DNA of 63,189 nt, filler included, from Reticulomyxa filosa (lineage: Eukaryota > Protista > Foraminifera): the NCBI GenBank assembly GCA_000512085.1. It is 17 parts of 17 records of this genome, joined end to end, with 100 filler letters (N's around TTAATTAATTAA, not from the genome) between each part and the next. Parts side by side here need not be neighbours in the genome. Positions count along the whole stretch, not along the records: positions 47,309 to 56,479 come from ASPP01003695.1; positions 56,580 to 57,984 come from ASPP01004217.1; positions 58,085 to 59,143 come from ASPP01019354.1; positions 59,244 to 60,468 come from ASPP01022067.1; positions 60,569 to 63,189 come from ASPP01018313.1; 12 more parts are not named here. One strand, given 5' to 3'. The translations under genes were made by a program, and so were the position numbers. This document shows positions 51,216-63,189 of the stretch, one piece after another (position 1 is the stretch's first letter; each line of letters starts with the position of its first letter). Under the pieces are notes generated by a model. That model did not search any database and was not told the DNA's origin. It saw only the letters and a program-made list of their open reading frames with translations.

Positions 51216-51949
51216 ATAATCACCATTATCATCAGGAGTGTCGACTTCGAGGTATCAAAATCGACATCGACATTGTCATGGCCGTATTCCAGTGAAAGTG
51301 GTATCACTAATAGGGCTGCGCGGCAGTGCCGAACACGTACGACGTGTACATGTGAAAGCTGCCCAAGGCTACTGATCAGCCTTGTTGACCTCGCTGTTGC
51401 CTGCAATGCCTTTGGAGACTCATGGTCTTGGCAAGATGTTTTTGAATAAATCATTAATAACACCGAATAGAAAAAATGCATGCACATTATTTGGAACAAA
51501 TAAATACATTTGTGTTTATGTTGACACAGTACTTTGAGTGTAATCTTGTCTTGTGCATTTCATTTTTTTTACAGTGACAATTCTTTAGTTAATTTTGTTC
51601 ATTTAAAAAAAACGGACAATCAAATAATTTGTCTCTTTAGACTTTTTTACGTGGATTTTTAATTATTATTATTTTTCTTTGAAACGGTTTTTCGCAACTT
51701 AATTGCACATTTTTTTTACCATTCCAGTGGGCCACACAAACAAATTATACATGATTACTTGGAATAAACATGTGCTGCTGAATCATTTCTGCATTGATTC
51801 TGCATTTTCAATTTTTCCAATTGTTAGCTGTCTTTGTTGGGTGTAGTTTTGTTTGCGAGTGGAAACTGTTCTTTTTTTCAATTTATGATAAGCACCATTG
51901 TTTAAACTATTTAACTTAGTGCATGTAAAGAAAGCTTTGATATTTTGTG

Positions 51950-52830
51950 CAGATGCGGACGACTGTTGCTGCTATTTTTAGCAGGCGTCCATGGTAGGAG
52001 TACGTTGCGCATTTAACACATGCTGAAAAAGCTTGAGTGTTTCGAGCAAACAATGTTCCGCTTGCAACATGATTAAACTATGCAAATGTTGCAACACTTA
52101 TCCTTGGGTATCAGAATCCCAATAGTACCGGACCAAAGCTATCAGATGTCCCAACAAACAAATGCGACCTTTCTGAAGGCGCTGAGAGTCAGTACACGCA
52201 CGTTCTCGGCTTGTATAATGGACGCGAAAGTTGCAAACACAAGTAGCACGTTCTAGCCACTTTTAATTTTGTGTAAACAAAACAAAACATACACATATAT
52301 ATAAGTATATAATCATTATTATTATTTGTACATATATGTGCTATATGTACGAACCGTTGACGATTTTGTCAATCCTTGATATTTACATTACAATAATAAA
52401 AAAAAAGATAGGGATTAGTGGAATTGAAATTTTTAGAGTGTGAAGAACACGCTCTCTTCTAGCCGTCGTGATTGGACAAAAGCGAGTCTTGACTCATGTC
52501 AAAGGAAGACAAGTAGTTTGCATGTACGGACTTGTCGTCTTTAACATGACACTCTTTTCGTGAGAATACAAATTGTACAAAGCTAATATAAGCGCAATGA
52601 TTGACCTACCACTTACCGCCGCTCTGGCGATGATGTGGCAGCGATCTAACAATGCGTTGTGATTGTTGTCGACAAAATCTTGAATCACTTGGGCTTGGAC
52701 TTCATTTATGTACTGCAAATTCACGCCGTCTGCTGTGTTGAGCAAGTTCTTCACAAATGTCAATGGAAATATTGAGTCGAACGTTTCTTGAGTGAAATGA
52801 GGCCGGTGAATCTGTGACGAGACAAATTTT
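51950..52830 (-). pseudogene. Degenerate SF2 helicase-like segment within a larger decayed minus-strand gene (~51220-54200)
   Basis: INEVQAQV (Q-motif-like), IIARAAVSGRS (degenerate Walker A), NVRVLTLSA (motif III-like); multiple stops. Confidence 0.45.
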
Positions 52831-55449
52831 TTTGTCTATCATCATTGTTGTTATTATTGCTTTGCATGTTGGCTATCCTCCAGCGATAATCTCATTGCTC
52901 ATTATACTTTCATTATTGAAGTTATTCGCATTCGCAAAGGACATTGAATTCATGGAGTTATTGTTATTATTGTTATAGTTGTTACTAAGCTCTTCCATTG
53001 AATTAGAATTGTCACTTGCAGAAAAAAAAGTTCAGATCAGAATGGATGAAGTGGAATCACATGCAAAAACTTTTTATTTTCTACTTTTTTTTTTTTGTTA
53101 TAATTACACTTAATACGTACACACACATATACTGGGAAAAAAAATGAAATTGATCGCTTGATTAACTTGCACACGACTGATTAGACTTCTTTCTTTGCAA
53201 CACAAGCAAAGGACAAAGGCTCATTGGCATTGCCTTGAACGACAGACTCTGCATTTATTCCACCACTACTGCCAGCAGCATTGGCGCTGGCCGCGTTTGA
53301 CTCTTTAACCTTATCTTGGTTATGTTCATAGCGGCAGACAGTAGTAACCATCGGGGCCACTATGGAATCTTTCTTCGACGTCGTCGCGCTTGCCATGTTG
53401 TCGACGACCCCACTATTCGCGTGTGCATTGATTGTGTTTTACATTGATGCTACTGTTGCGGCTGTTGACCTGAGATATCGTAGTTCCAGTGGTTTTTCAT
53501 AATTATTTGAGCGTGCCAATAACATCAGCAACGATCCCTTTGGATGTTGCATCTTCTTACTGTCTGTCAATATCGCATAAAGACTTTGGATATAAGTATA
53601 CATATATATATATATATATATAACTTGTGGATAGAGTTGGCTTGGTACTAGAGTATGAATCGAAATCATCGACAGAAAGCGAGTAGTTGTTCCTTATCTT
53701 GGTATCATATGGAAACAGACCCGCACGAGTACATCGGCATAATACACGTAGTAACACTGGAAAAAGGTTTAGAGATACGCGGCCGAACGTCCGAAACGAA
53801 TCCCATTATCACCTTCCCAAACGATATGTTGTCAACCGCATCATCGTATAATGTCTTCGACTGTTTATTGTTTTTGATGACTTGGTTCCCATCGCCTTGG
53901 TCCATTATTATGAAAGGTTCATGTGGATTAGATTCCCCTTTTTTGTTGTTGTTTTAAAAAAAAAATTAAAAGATTCATTCACCTCTGGCAGTGACATTAG
54001 ACAGTCGAACAATGCCTTTACCAATATTGTTATCGTTGGGAAGCCTATTCGGTTCACATTTTCTGTCATTACGGTCGGAGTTATCCTTTTCATTGGTTTG
54101 TGATTTTATCGTTATCGGCTGCGTTTTGGTCGCAGTCGTAGAAAATGAACTATATGTGCGTTCGTTGCTGTTTTGGACGAACGACAGCACTGACGAATAT
54201 GTCATATTTTCTGATATTACTTTTTGCAAACAAGTGCAATTCATGCTAATATGTAAAAAGATTGTTTGGGGGTCTGTGTTAGAAATAGTTATTATATTTT
54301 TTTGCATTCTTTTTTTTATAACACAAGTATTATACTTCGTGTTTTTTTTCATACTGTCATCCAAATCGTAATATTTCTGGAGAAATCTAGTTCCAACATA
54401 TAAAAAACAAAATATTCTTTCAAATTTGTAGATAGATTTAATTTACCAATTCATAACAGTCACAGTTATGAAAACTTTTTTTATCCAGCAAAAAATTTAT
54501 ACTGGAGTAACATTGCAAACATTTCCCTTTTTTTAAAAAAATAAAATACGCAGAAACGTTCCATTTGAAAAAATGCAGATTTATAATAATCATTTTTATT
54601 TTTATGATATTCTTCCAGATGATCATTGGTTTTGTATTATGGAACTATACAAAGCATTTGTGAATGGTTGGGGGAATTAACAAACATAAGCACTGTCAAG
54701 AAGCCAAGCAATGTATCCAAATCAGTACGCATGGAAATTGTACAATTTTGAAGACGATCTGAACGAAAAAGAGTTGTATTGCAGTTGCAAGGCATTTAAT
54801 CTGAAGATCAAAATAAACAGAAAGAAAAATTGTGGAAGATTTGAGTTATGAAAAAGAAAGAAAACGACTTCCTAATTACACGTAAATAAATACGTAAAAA
54901 CGAATGCGTACGTACATATTTTCTTTTAGGTGCTTTTTTTTTTTGCGAAAACACGACGATGAAACAGAAACATTGATACAAGTGGACAGAGTACTGACAA
55001 AAAACAGTGACTGTGCCTTAACATTTGACAACACTTTGAAGATTGTGGCTATATTTTCAGAATTAAAGCAGTTTTGATTATGGGAGAAACAGTTAACCTT
55101 TTTTTAAAAAAAAATGCTGATAAAGCAAAATTAAAAACAAACAACAAAAATGAATAAAACAATGCACTAAAATACAGTGATGTGACAAAACAGCATCAAT
55201 TGATGTCACGGTGGGCACGGAGTGTAACAGTTGCAACAAGATTTGCAGCAACACCTGAAAAGTGCAGAAGAATGGCATGGAAGGATTCATTTGATATTTT
55301 TGAACGAAATCAATACAAGTCCTGACGTTGGTGCGTTCAAAGAAGTATTTTGTGATCATAATTTGAAGTGAAGAGAATTTCCGGCAAACGTTGTGATTAT
55401 ATGTGCATTGAACCCTTTCCGAAATTGCAGAGAACAATGAAAAGACTCA

Positions 55450-56040
55450 ATGTCAACAAATATTTACATTGACGACTTGAATAAAAAAATAGGAGATATT
55501 TGGCTCGTTGTCCGAGTCCGACGAGCAACAAACAAAGATAACCGTGAATTGGAACTATTGCGCAAAAACGCCGCCGAAATAGAAAGCATCATGAAATCCA
55601 AGTACTTTGAGATCAAGAAGTTGAAAAATCAGTCGAACTGGACAGGCGATGCTGCAAATTTTTCAAATCCAAGGACGTGGAAAAAATAAATCTTTGAAGG
55701 CTTAACCAAAGAAAATACCGAAATGAAACAGGAAATGGAAAAAGTAACGCTTGAGAAGGGAAGCATGGAAACTCTACTAAATAAAAAAATCTTGAATTAA
55801 TTCATTTAAAAAGTGAAATGAACATGTTCAAAGAATATCATGAAAAATTGCAAATAATTGAAGAAACACACAAAAAAGAACAAAAGAGTGTTTCTGATTT
55901 ACTGGACGAAAAACAATCATTGGTCAGAGATGTAAAGATCGATTGAGAGAACACGAGAAAGAGCTACGAAAAATTAAAAAACTTAACGAACGAGTTGCTG
56001 AATTAGAAAAACAAGTAAAAAAAATGACATGCTGCTCGTA
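55450..56040 (+). pseudogene. Coiled-coil protein remnant
   Basis: E/K-rich heptad reading broken by stops and frameshifts. Confidence 0.4.
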
Positions 56041-56652
56041 GTTGTTAGTAGCATTGAGCAAAAAGTACAATAAAATATATTTAGTTTGTACAATTGTTTT
56101 CTGTTTAACTTAATCCAATTTAAATAAAAACTCATCGAGATTTTGGCAATAGATTTGTCCAAACTGTTTCGTTTTTCAATATATTATTTGTCGTCATTTT
56201 TTTAAAAAGCTAGTTTTCAACTTCTGCACCATATCAAGTTTTTTTCACCGAAATTTCACAAATGCGTTTGCAGTATATTTGTATATACAGTAGATTGCAA
56301 AAAAAACTGACATACCTAAATTGCACTATATGAATAGAATCGATTTTCTCTATGAAAAATAAAGATTTAAAACTAATTTTTTTTAAAAAAATATATACTA
56401 ATCTTGTAGTTTTTAAATAATTTTTTTTTTTTGCTTTTTTTTTTTATTGTTGATATTTTTAATTGACATTTCAAAATTTNNNNNNNNNNNNNNNNNNNNN
56501 NNNNNNNNNNNNNNNNNNNNNNNTTAATTAATTAANNNNNNNNNNNNNNNNNNNNNNNNNNNNNNNNNNNNNNNNNNNNTCCAATGTTATCCATTTTTTT
56601 TTTTTTCTTAACATAGGAAAAAACAATAATTTTTTTTTTTTTTTTAAAAAAG

Positions 56653-57928
56653 TACATTAAAGAAATTGAAAGTATGTGGAAGACAAATACAAGTGATATT
56701 AAAATACGAAAAGAACAAATGGTTACACAGTCAAATCGATTATTAGATAAGTTTAATCAAGACAATGCACAATTTCGAACTGGCTCTAAATGTTTTTTTT
56801 TAATTTTGAATTTGGATCTATTCCTCATTTAATTCAATCATTTGGTATTGTTAGTGATGTTTCGCTAAAATCTTTGGATTTGAGTATTGAACATAATTCT
56901 CTTACTGGTGTCACTCTAAAATGGTTTGAAAGAGATGGTCCTACATACAATGAAGAAATAAATGGTAATGAATTTTTGATTGAATTTAGAGAGGATAAAG
57001 ACGACGAAAAGAAAGAACATACTTGGACATCAATTCATTTGACAGATATGAAGAAAAAACCGTGGGAATATTGTATTGATAATTTAAAAGTTGGAGTCAA
57101 ATATGTATTTCGGATTGCATCAAAACACTCTGAAATAATACATGCACAGTCCACATTCTCTAATCCTGTTTCTTTGGCTATGTTTTTATCCCTTTTGAAG
57201 TTTGATGTAACTCGAATCAACAGTGCAAATGATATTGTATTGAAAAATAACAATACTTTGATTCATCTTTGCACATCCGCTTATGTGAATGTATCTTTGT
57301 CAAAAGCGAATGAAGTGATACAAGGCACGCATTGTTGGCGATTCAAAGTTATGTTTTTGTATTTTTTTTTTTTTATTTAGATTGTATTATTTTTATTTTT
57401 TTTTTTTGAATAAAATTATTTGCTTTAGATGTACAATAAAAATGGTAATATCTATTGGGTGGTGCTTGCTATGGCCAATGCAAATAAAATATTCAAACAT
57501 TGCTCTTACAGTGAAATAGGAGGTATGATATAATATAAAATAAGAAGATTTGTTTCATTTTGTTATTTTAATTTGTTATGTTTTTGTAAATATTAGTATT
57601 TGGTTACAATGGACAAAATTGTTATGAATCCAATGAATCGCAAAGTAATTATGTGATTAGTGAATTGAAGTGGGATTTAAAGAAAGAATTTGTAGTGGAT
57701 ATGTATGTGAATATGGACACAAAAGAATTGAAATGGAAAGAGGTAACAGAAAATGGTAAAGGAAAGGAATACAAACTAAGAAATTCCACCAATTTCAATA
57801 AATATAATCACATACCTTTTGTTCCACATATTAACTTTTATCAAAAAGATACAACAATTCAAGTTATCAAAATTCCATCAGAAATGTATGGAATGAGACT
57901 GTCTGAAACACAAAAACTATTTTCTTAA
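56653..57928 (+). CDS. Coiled-coil/FN3/SPRY (TRIM-like C-terminus) protein, 5' partial, with two introns and a homopolymer frameshift near 56800
   Basis: FN3: VTLKW...YCIDNLKVGVKYVFRIAS..FSNPV; SPRY: GTHCWRFK, VVDMYVNMDTKEL, FVPHINFY. Confidence 0.7.
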
Positions 57929-58479
57929 TTCTTTTCTGTTTTGAGCTTTCTGCAACACAGCATAAACTTAGATTTTAAATTATANNNNNNNNNNNNNNNN
58001 NNNNNNNNNNNNNNNNNNNNNNNNNNNNTTAATTAATTAANNNNNNNNNNNNNNNNNNNNNNNNNNNNNNNNNNNNNNNNNNNNAAAGTATATTACGTTG
58101 CTTTTAAATTTTACTTTTTGTTTATAAAGTGAATCAATAAATTAAAAATACCACTTTAAAGTAAAATACTCAATATTGCGAAAGCATTTAGCTTGAGAAT
58201 TTATTTGAATATTACTAATGTGCCTACATGATTCTCAATTTCTAACAGAGAACAAATAAACTATCAAATTTTTCCTGAATTTTCCTTATTAAAAGAATAA
58301 ACAAACAACACAATTGAATACATAATTAATCATTTTTTCTCAGGTACAAGTAATATTTTTTTTTGATGTTCTCCTGATGATCTTGGAAATTTCGCCATTG
58401 TTTCTATTTTGGTGATCAAGAGCAAATAGCCCAAAATTCTATATTTCGTGAAATTCCTTAAAAACAAAAGAGTACAAAA

Positions 58480-58985
58480 ATGATGAACTCAATGTTTCGT
58501 AAAACGCTGCAGGACATGGTGAAAGGACTTCGTTCAAGTAAAGAGGACGAGTCCACATTCATCAACCAGTGTTTGAGTGAAATCAAAGAGGAAGTGAAGG
58601 ACAAAGATCATGATATTAAAGCAAATGCCATTCAAAAATTATGCTACGTTACGTTCTTCATTTCTGCAAAAAAAAAAAATGCGTACAATGAACGTTAAAA
58701 AAAAAATCTTCACAAATAGCTTTACATGATTGGCTATGATATTTCATTTGCTCATTTCAACATTATCGAAGTGATGAGTCAACCGTCGTTCGTCCATAAG
58801 CGAATAGTTTTGTGTTCAACGTCAACAAAAACAAAAGACACGCTTACAAATTCAAAAAAAATGGAGACTGTCTTGTAATTATTTTTGTTTGTTGCAATGC
58901 CTACAAATAGGGATATTTGGCAGCATCTCTGGCATTCACTGAAAATACGGACGTTATTCTTTTGACAACACATCAATTCAAAAAA
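58480..58985 (+). CDS. AP3D1: AP-3 complex subunit delta, N-terminal exons 58480-58647, 58720-58806, 58911-58985
   Basis: MFRKTLQDMVKGLR..EIKEE..KANAIQKLCY|LYMIGYDISFAHFNIIEVMS..KRI|GYLAASLAF..TDVILLTTHQFKK. Confidence 0.95.
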
Positions 58986-61217
58986 GTTGAGTTTTCAAAA
59001 AAAAAAAAAAAAAAAACAGCCCTAATTTCCTGCTCTTTGAGCAATTTCGCAAGAATTTCTTTACTTTAGATTTTCTTTAAGATTGTAGAACAATAAGGTG
59101 AAGAGAACAACACGTATAATTTTTTTTTTTTTTTTTTTTTTTTNNNNNNNNNNNNNNNNNNNNNNNNNNNNNNNNNNNNNNNNNNNNTTAATTAATTAAN
59201 NNNNNNNNNNNNNNNNNNNNNNNNNNNNNNNNNNNNNNNNNNNCAAAAAAGTAAACAATTATGAGTTTTTTTTTAGCAAAACAGAGGGAAGGAGAATACG
59301 AATGCGTAATGTTTTTTTTTTTAAAAGGTAAGTTTTGATTGTGGTTTAACGTTCTCCGTTTTTAATAAATGTCACAGTACTTCGAGGATCACTACCATAT
59401 GCTTTATTATTTTTATGTGTGTATTTTTTTTTTGTTTACATACATGAAGAATTTTCTGTGCCGTTGTTCCCTTCCTCCTTTTATTTTTTCAAAGAAAAGG
59501 TCCTCGTTTGCACGTAGTCTCTTGTTTCAAAGAGGAAAACTCCCCTTCGTAGATATAATAGAAACGCTTTTTGTGGATATTACTTCTTTCAATAATTGAT
59601 TCAAATGCAATAGTCATACTTTTCGTGAATACGATTGTTTCTCTTCTATAACTTTGGTAATAGATTATTTGAAGAACCACACGTAATAACTCTTATCTGT
59701 AAAGATTGTAATACAGGCATACAAACTCTGAAAAGAAAAGAAAGAATTGTGTACGCTAAGTCAGAACAAAATAGCGACAATTCGTTAATCCAAGCTAAAA
59801 CAAAGGTGGAAAACTGAACAGAATGAAAAAAATACCTAGAAAAGCTTTGAAATCTCTGTTTTACTTGTGCAGATTTTTCTGTAACAAAAAAATTGGATTG
59901 ATGAAAGTAATTATAACAAAAAAAAAACTCTCTACAAATGTCTCTTTGTCCAACTTTGTATGTGAAAGACGATGAAGAGAAGTAATCGAATTTTAACAAA
60001 AAAAACCCAGCAATCTCAATTGGGATTAAATGTGTATTTATTAGATTGATCAAAAAAATGATTCAAATTTCTACCTTCTTTTTTCTGTTCATTTCTAAAT
60101 TAAACAAAATGGATTTTTTGTTTCACGAAAAGAATAATAAACACAAATACTCAAAAAATGAAGGTAGTTGTTTTATGGAATACTTTAAAAGTCAAAAAAC
60201 TCAGGACGATCAAAGACTTTTGGTCACGTTCTGACTTTGAGACAAGGGGTTAGAATTTTTGTCTTCTTCGATGAACTGTTCACGTTCACATTTCACGGCG
60301 ACAGAGTCTTTGTCCATGTATAAGACAACACAATCCAAAACAAGTTTTGGGACAAATGCTTTTTTAACTTGCTGGCAGTCTGGTCCGAGCACAAGTACAT
60401 GTGTAAGTCCTATATCATTTCAAAGTGTTGATTGAATTGACTTCGCTCAATCCTTCTGCACTTCTTTTNNNNNNNNNNNNNNNNNNNNNNNNNNNNNNNN
60501 NNNNNNNNNNNNTTAATTAATTAANNNNNNNNNNNNNNNNNNNNNNNNNNNNNNNNNNNNNNNNNNNNCGTTATTTTTTTATTTTTAAATTTTTTTGATA
60601 AATTGTGGTAAATGTTATTATTTTTACCTTTTTTTGGTGCACTTAGTTTTAATTATTGTTTTATTTAAGTGTTGTTATTTTTTTTAGTTGTGCTATTTAT
60701 TTGTTTTTTTTCTTTTTGATAACTTCGAATTTTTTTTTCACACTTGTGTCTTTATTTTTAGATAGGGAAACTTGTGAATGTTAATTATAGAATAGTCTTT
60801 AATTTTTTAAACGAGACTTAAAGAACATGAACCTTGATTGTTTGTTGTGGACATGGACGAACTTTTGATATCTTTTTTGAAGGCTTCGTTGAATCTCTTG
60901 AAGATTGCTATTATTTTTGTGCGCCATTTGTTCTTCACTTTCTGCCTTATGAAAAAACCAATCTGCACAAATCTCGACCTAAAATGCTTTAAAATTTTTT
61001 ACTGTGTGGGAAGCTTTACATTGAGTGCATATTTACAACGTTTCATTATCCAGTCACTTTTTTACACTTTGAGTCAGTTAACTCTTGTTTTCGAAGCGGA
61101 AGGCAAACTTTTTGTTGAAGCAGCCGTTTTTTGGCCGAGCGTCAAAAAAAAAAAGGGGAGTTATTTGGTTGACCATTTTTCCTTTGGAAAGGAAGGATAT
61201 TTCATCAAACGTCACAA

Positions 61218-61901
61218 ATGACAAATTGTCCTCTTTTGAGGACATGGCTAACTTCAAGCTGGAATAATCACAGATGGCTCTTGCTTTGCCAGTTTACACT
61301 TGCAGTGATTGAAATCCCGCGACTGTCATTTTTTGGCTCATTTACATCAGAAGCGGGTAGACCGTTGGTATATGAGTCGTGGGACTCTGGGGGACATTTT
61401 GTCCAAGGGATATGTTGCGTTGCGGCATATGGATTTCCATTCATCTTTCCAAGCGTTATTCCCAAGCATGTGACATACAATTCGCAGACGGCAGACCGTA
61501 AAGCAAGATGGCAATACTACGGCTACTATATCTACCCACTTGGCTTTGGGATGCTATTGGGAATTTACCCTATATACGACCTCCTCAAAAGAGGAATCTT
61601 GAGCGCAGATGCCTTTGACGACAGCAGCTTTTTTGTGAACTTGGGGGATTTTTTGTGTGGCATCTTCGCTTCGGATATCCTCGTCATTGCCACTTACTTG
61701 GTACGAAAGAAGTATTTCGAAGACCCACAAAATAATACTTCCTATCAAGTAACTGAGGTTGAGGTTCAATCCGAACCCAAAGAAGACCAAGTTGGTGCAC
61801 TTCAAATGCGGCAGTATTTGCAAATGGCGTGTAAAGTGTGTTTGATTGAGCATTTTCTTATTTTTCTGTGCTCAATTATTTTATTCGGTACTTCCCATTG
61901 A
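61218..61901 (+). CDS. Multi-pass membrane protein; ends uncertain (probable upstream exon ~60948-61100)
   Basis: 227-aa ORF with about four hydrophobic helices and an acidic tail. Confidence 0.55.
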   Translation: MTNCPLLRTWLTSSWNNHRWLLLCQFTLAVIEIPRLSFFGSFTSEAGRPLVYESWDSGGHFVQGICCVAAYGFPFIFPSVIPKHVTYNSQTADRKARWQYYGYYIYPLGFGMLLGIYPIYDLLKRGILSADAFDDSSFFVNLGDFLCGIFASDILVIATYLVRKKYFEDPQNNTSYQVTEVEVQSEPKEDQVGALQMRQYLQMACKVCLIEHFLIFLCSIILFGTSH

Positions 61902-62320
61902 AAAAGTCTTTAGCTTTGCTTTTTTTTGTTGTTGTTTGTTGTTACTTTATCACCCCGCGTGTAAATCGGTCTTTATATTAAACGAGTCCTTTGTCCAAAG
62001 TAATAAACACACTTTAGCATCAATGCAAAAAAAAAACAAGTTTTTTTTTTTTTTTTGCTGTGCTTGTGCACGTGGTTCTTTTTAAAAGTGAATGTTAAAA
62101 CTGGGATGTCACCCTTCTATTTGACTTTCTGCAAGTGAGTCGACAAAAAAAAAAAAAAAAATGATGATAAAAATACAATGAGATGCAAAATATAAAGTTT
62201 TATTGGAGAATTGATAAAGAGGTAAAAAGTTATGAGGCATTTGTACTTGAAATTAGCTGGGAAAAAAAAAAAAAATGACACTGAGAAAAAAAGAAAAGTG
62301 TGGGGTATATAAAAACTACA

Positions 62321-63154
62321 CTATTCTAGAGACAAAGGGGAAGAGGAATAGCGACAAAAGGGTGCCTTATCGAATAGCTTTTCAAGCATTTGGTCGAACT
62401 TAAACTGAACAAAACGATGCCACCACAGTATAGTGTGGACTTGATACCAATCCCAATGAATTGTGAAGGCCAGTTGCAGAAATGTGTTCAGCTCATCCCA
62501 ACGTCTCAAAACAATGAGCGGATAGAAGACGTGTTGGGTGCGATGTAAGACCGACTCAATATCATCCATTAACTGCTCTTGCATGGTTTTGTTATGCGCT
62601 GATGCGGGTAGATTTTGATAACGGCGAAGTAGCATTTGCACTTGCTCAATGTCATGAGTAGAGTAATTTGACTCAAACGACTGCAAGTCGAAATATATAC
62701 TTCTGTAATCGACTGTGACACTATTCGCATCGACATCTTTGTCGTTATGATCGTGGCCGTAGTACCATTGACTGAACGCAAAGATGGGATACAACGAGTC
62801 CAGACACTGTGCGGAGTGGAAGTAGTTGTAATCCATAGTCACAATGGGAATGGAGCCGTGACCTATAGCTTCCCACAAGCGGAATGTTTCGGGATTGTTC
62901 CCGGAAGGAGAAATTGTGAAGATACTCTCCAACAAGATCAGTTTATATTGATCTGCCTTCAAGTACTCTCCGCCGAATCTATTGTCTCCTTGCCACTCAC
63001 GGAAATATCTGGCAAATATTTCTGTCACTTTTATTCCTTTCGTACTTTGACTCTCGCTGTTGTTGGCCCACTTCTCATTAATCTTGGTGATGTTGTCACG
63101 TAATTCAAAGCGCTCACCATTGCCAGTTGCCAACGAGTATATCGCGTTGAACAC
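62321..63154 (-). CDS. Exostosin/GT47-family glycosyltransferase (RXYLT1/TMEM5-like), last exon
   Basis: YKLILLESIFTISPSGNNPETFRLWEAIGHGSIPIV matches the GT47 C-terminal motif. Confidence 0.75.
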   Translation of the reverse strand: MFNAIYSLATGNGERFELRDNITKINEKWANNSESQSTKGIKVTEIFARYFREWQGDNRFGGEYLKADQYKLILLESIFTISPSGNNPETFRLWEAIGHGSIPIVTMDYNYFHSAQCLDSLYPIFAFSQWYYGHDHNDKDVDANSVTVDYRSIYFDLQSFESNYSTHDIEQVQMLLRRYQNLPASAHNKTMQEQLMDDIESVLHRTQHVFYPLIVLRRWDELNTFLQLAFTIHWDWYQVHTILWWHRFVQFKFDQMLEKLFDKAPFCRYSSSPLSLE

Positions 63155-63189
63155 ATATTTGCGTTCACTTTTTTTTTTTAAAAAAAAAA

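Noticed and set aside
56790-56802. Frameshift in the FN3-SPRY gene as programmed recoding
   Set aside because: It lies in a 9-T homopolymer, so a sequencing error is far more likely.
2583-60568. Recurrent TTAATTAATTAA palindrome flanked by Ns, and ORFs ending in X..LIN
   Set aside because: Artificial contig linker; genes on either side are not neighbours.
1-63189. Alternative genetic code, CRISPR array, rRNA or tRNA genes
   Set aside because: Intact genes end in TAA, TAG and TGA, and internal stops mostly co-occur with frameshifts; no repeat-spacer array or structural RNA was recognised by eye.

Overview
AT-rich eukaryotic genomic DNA made of 17 unrelated contigs joined by 16 artificial 100-bp spacers (N44-TTAATTAATTAA-N44), so gene neighbourhoods only mean something within a contig. 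Short GT-AG introns, Kelch/WD40/TRAF/caspase-like families, many unprocessed pseudogenes and a polyubiquitin junction with a one-residue Ala insertion point to a rhizarian, most likely the foraminifer Reticulomyxa filosa (inference). Recognisable genes: Kelch protein, CaMK-type kinase, TEY MAP kinase, UCP4-like mitochondrial carrier, BSU1/PPKL Kelch-phosphatase, ankyrin, F-box, CELF/ELAV-type RRM, dephospho-CoA kinase, peroxisomal enoyl-CoA isomerase, histidine-phosphatase-like protein, FN3-SPRY protein, AP-3 delta and a GT47 glycosyltransferase. There is also a decayed APE-type non-LTR retrotransposon. The best candidate for an undescribed system is an intron-containing PD-(D/E)xK/QxxxY restriction-endonuclease-fold gene resembling Crinkler/RHS effector nucleases (30269-31470). 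Also notable are the PPKL outside its usually reported range, A-rich 3' splice sites, a possible 17-nt intron and a poly(A)+TSD retrotransposition footprint. All homology calls come from reading motifs by eye; no searches were run.
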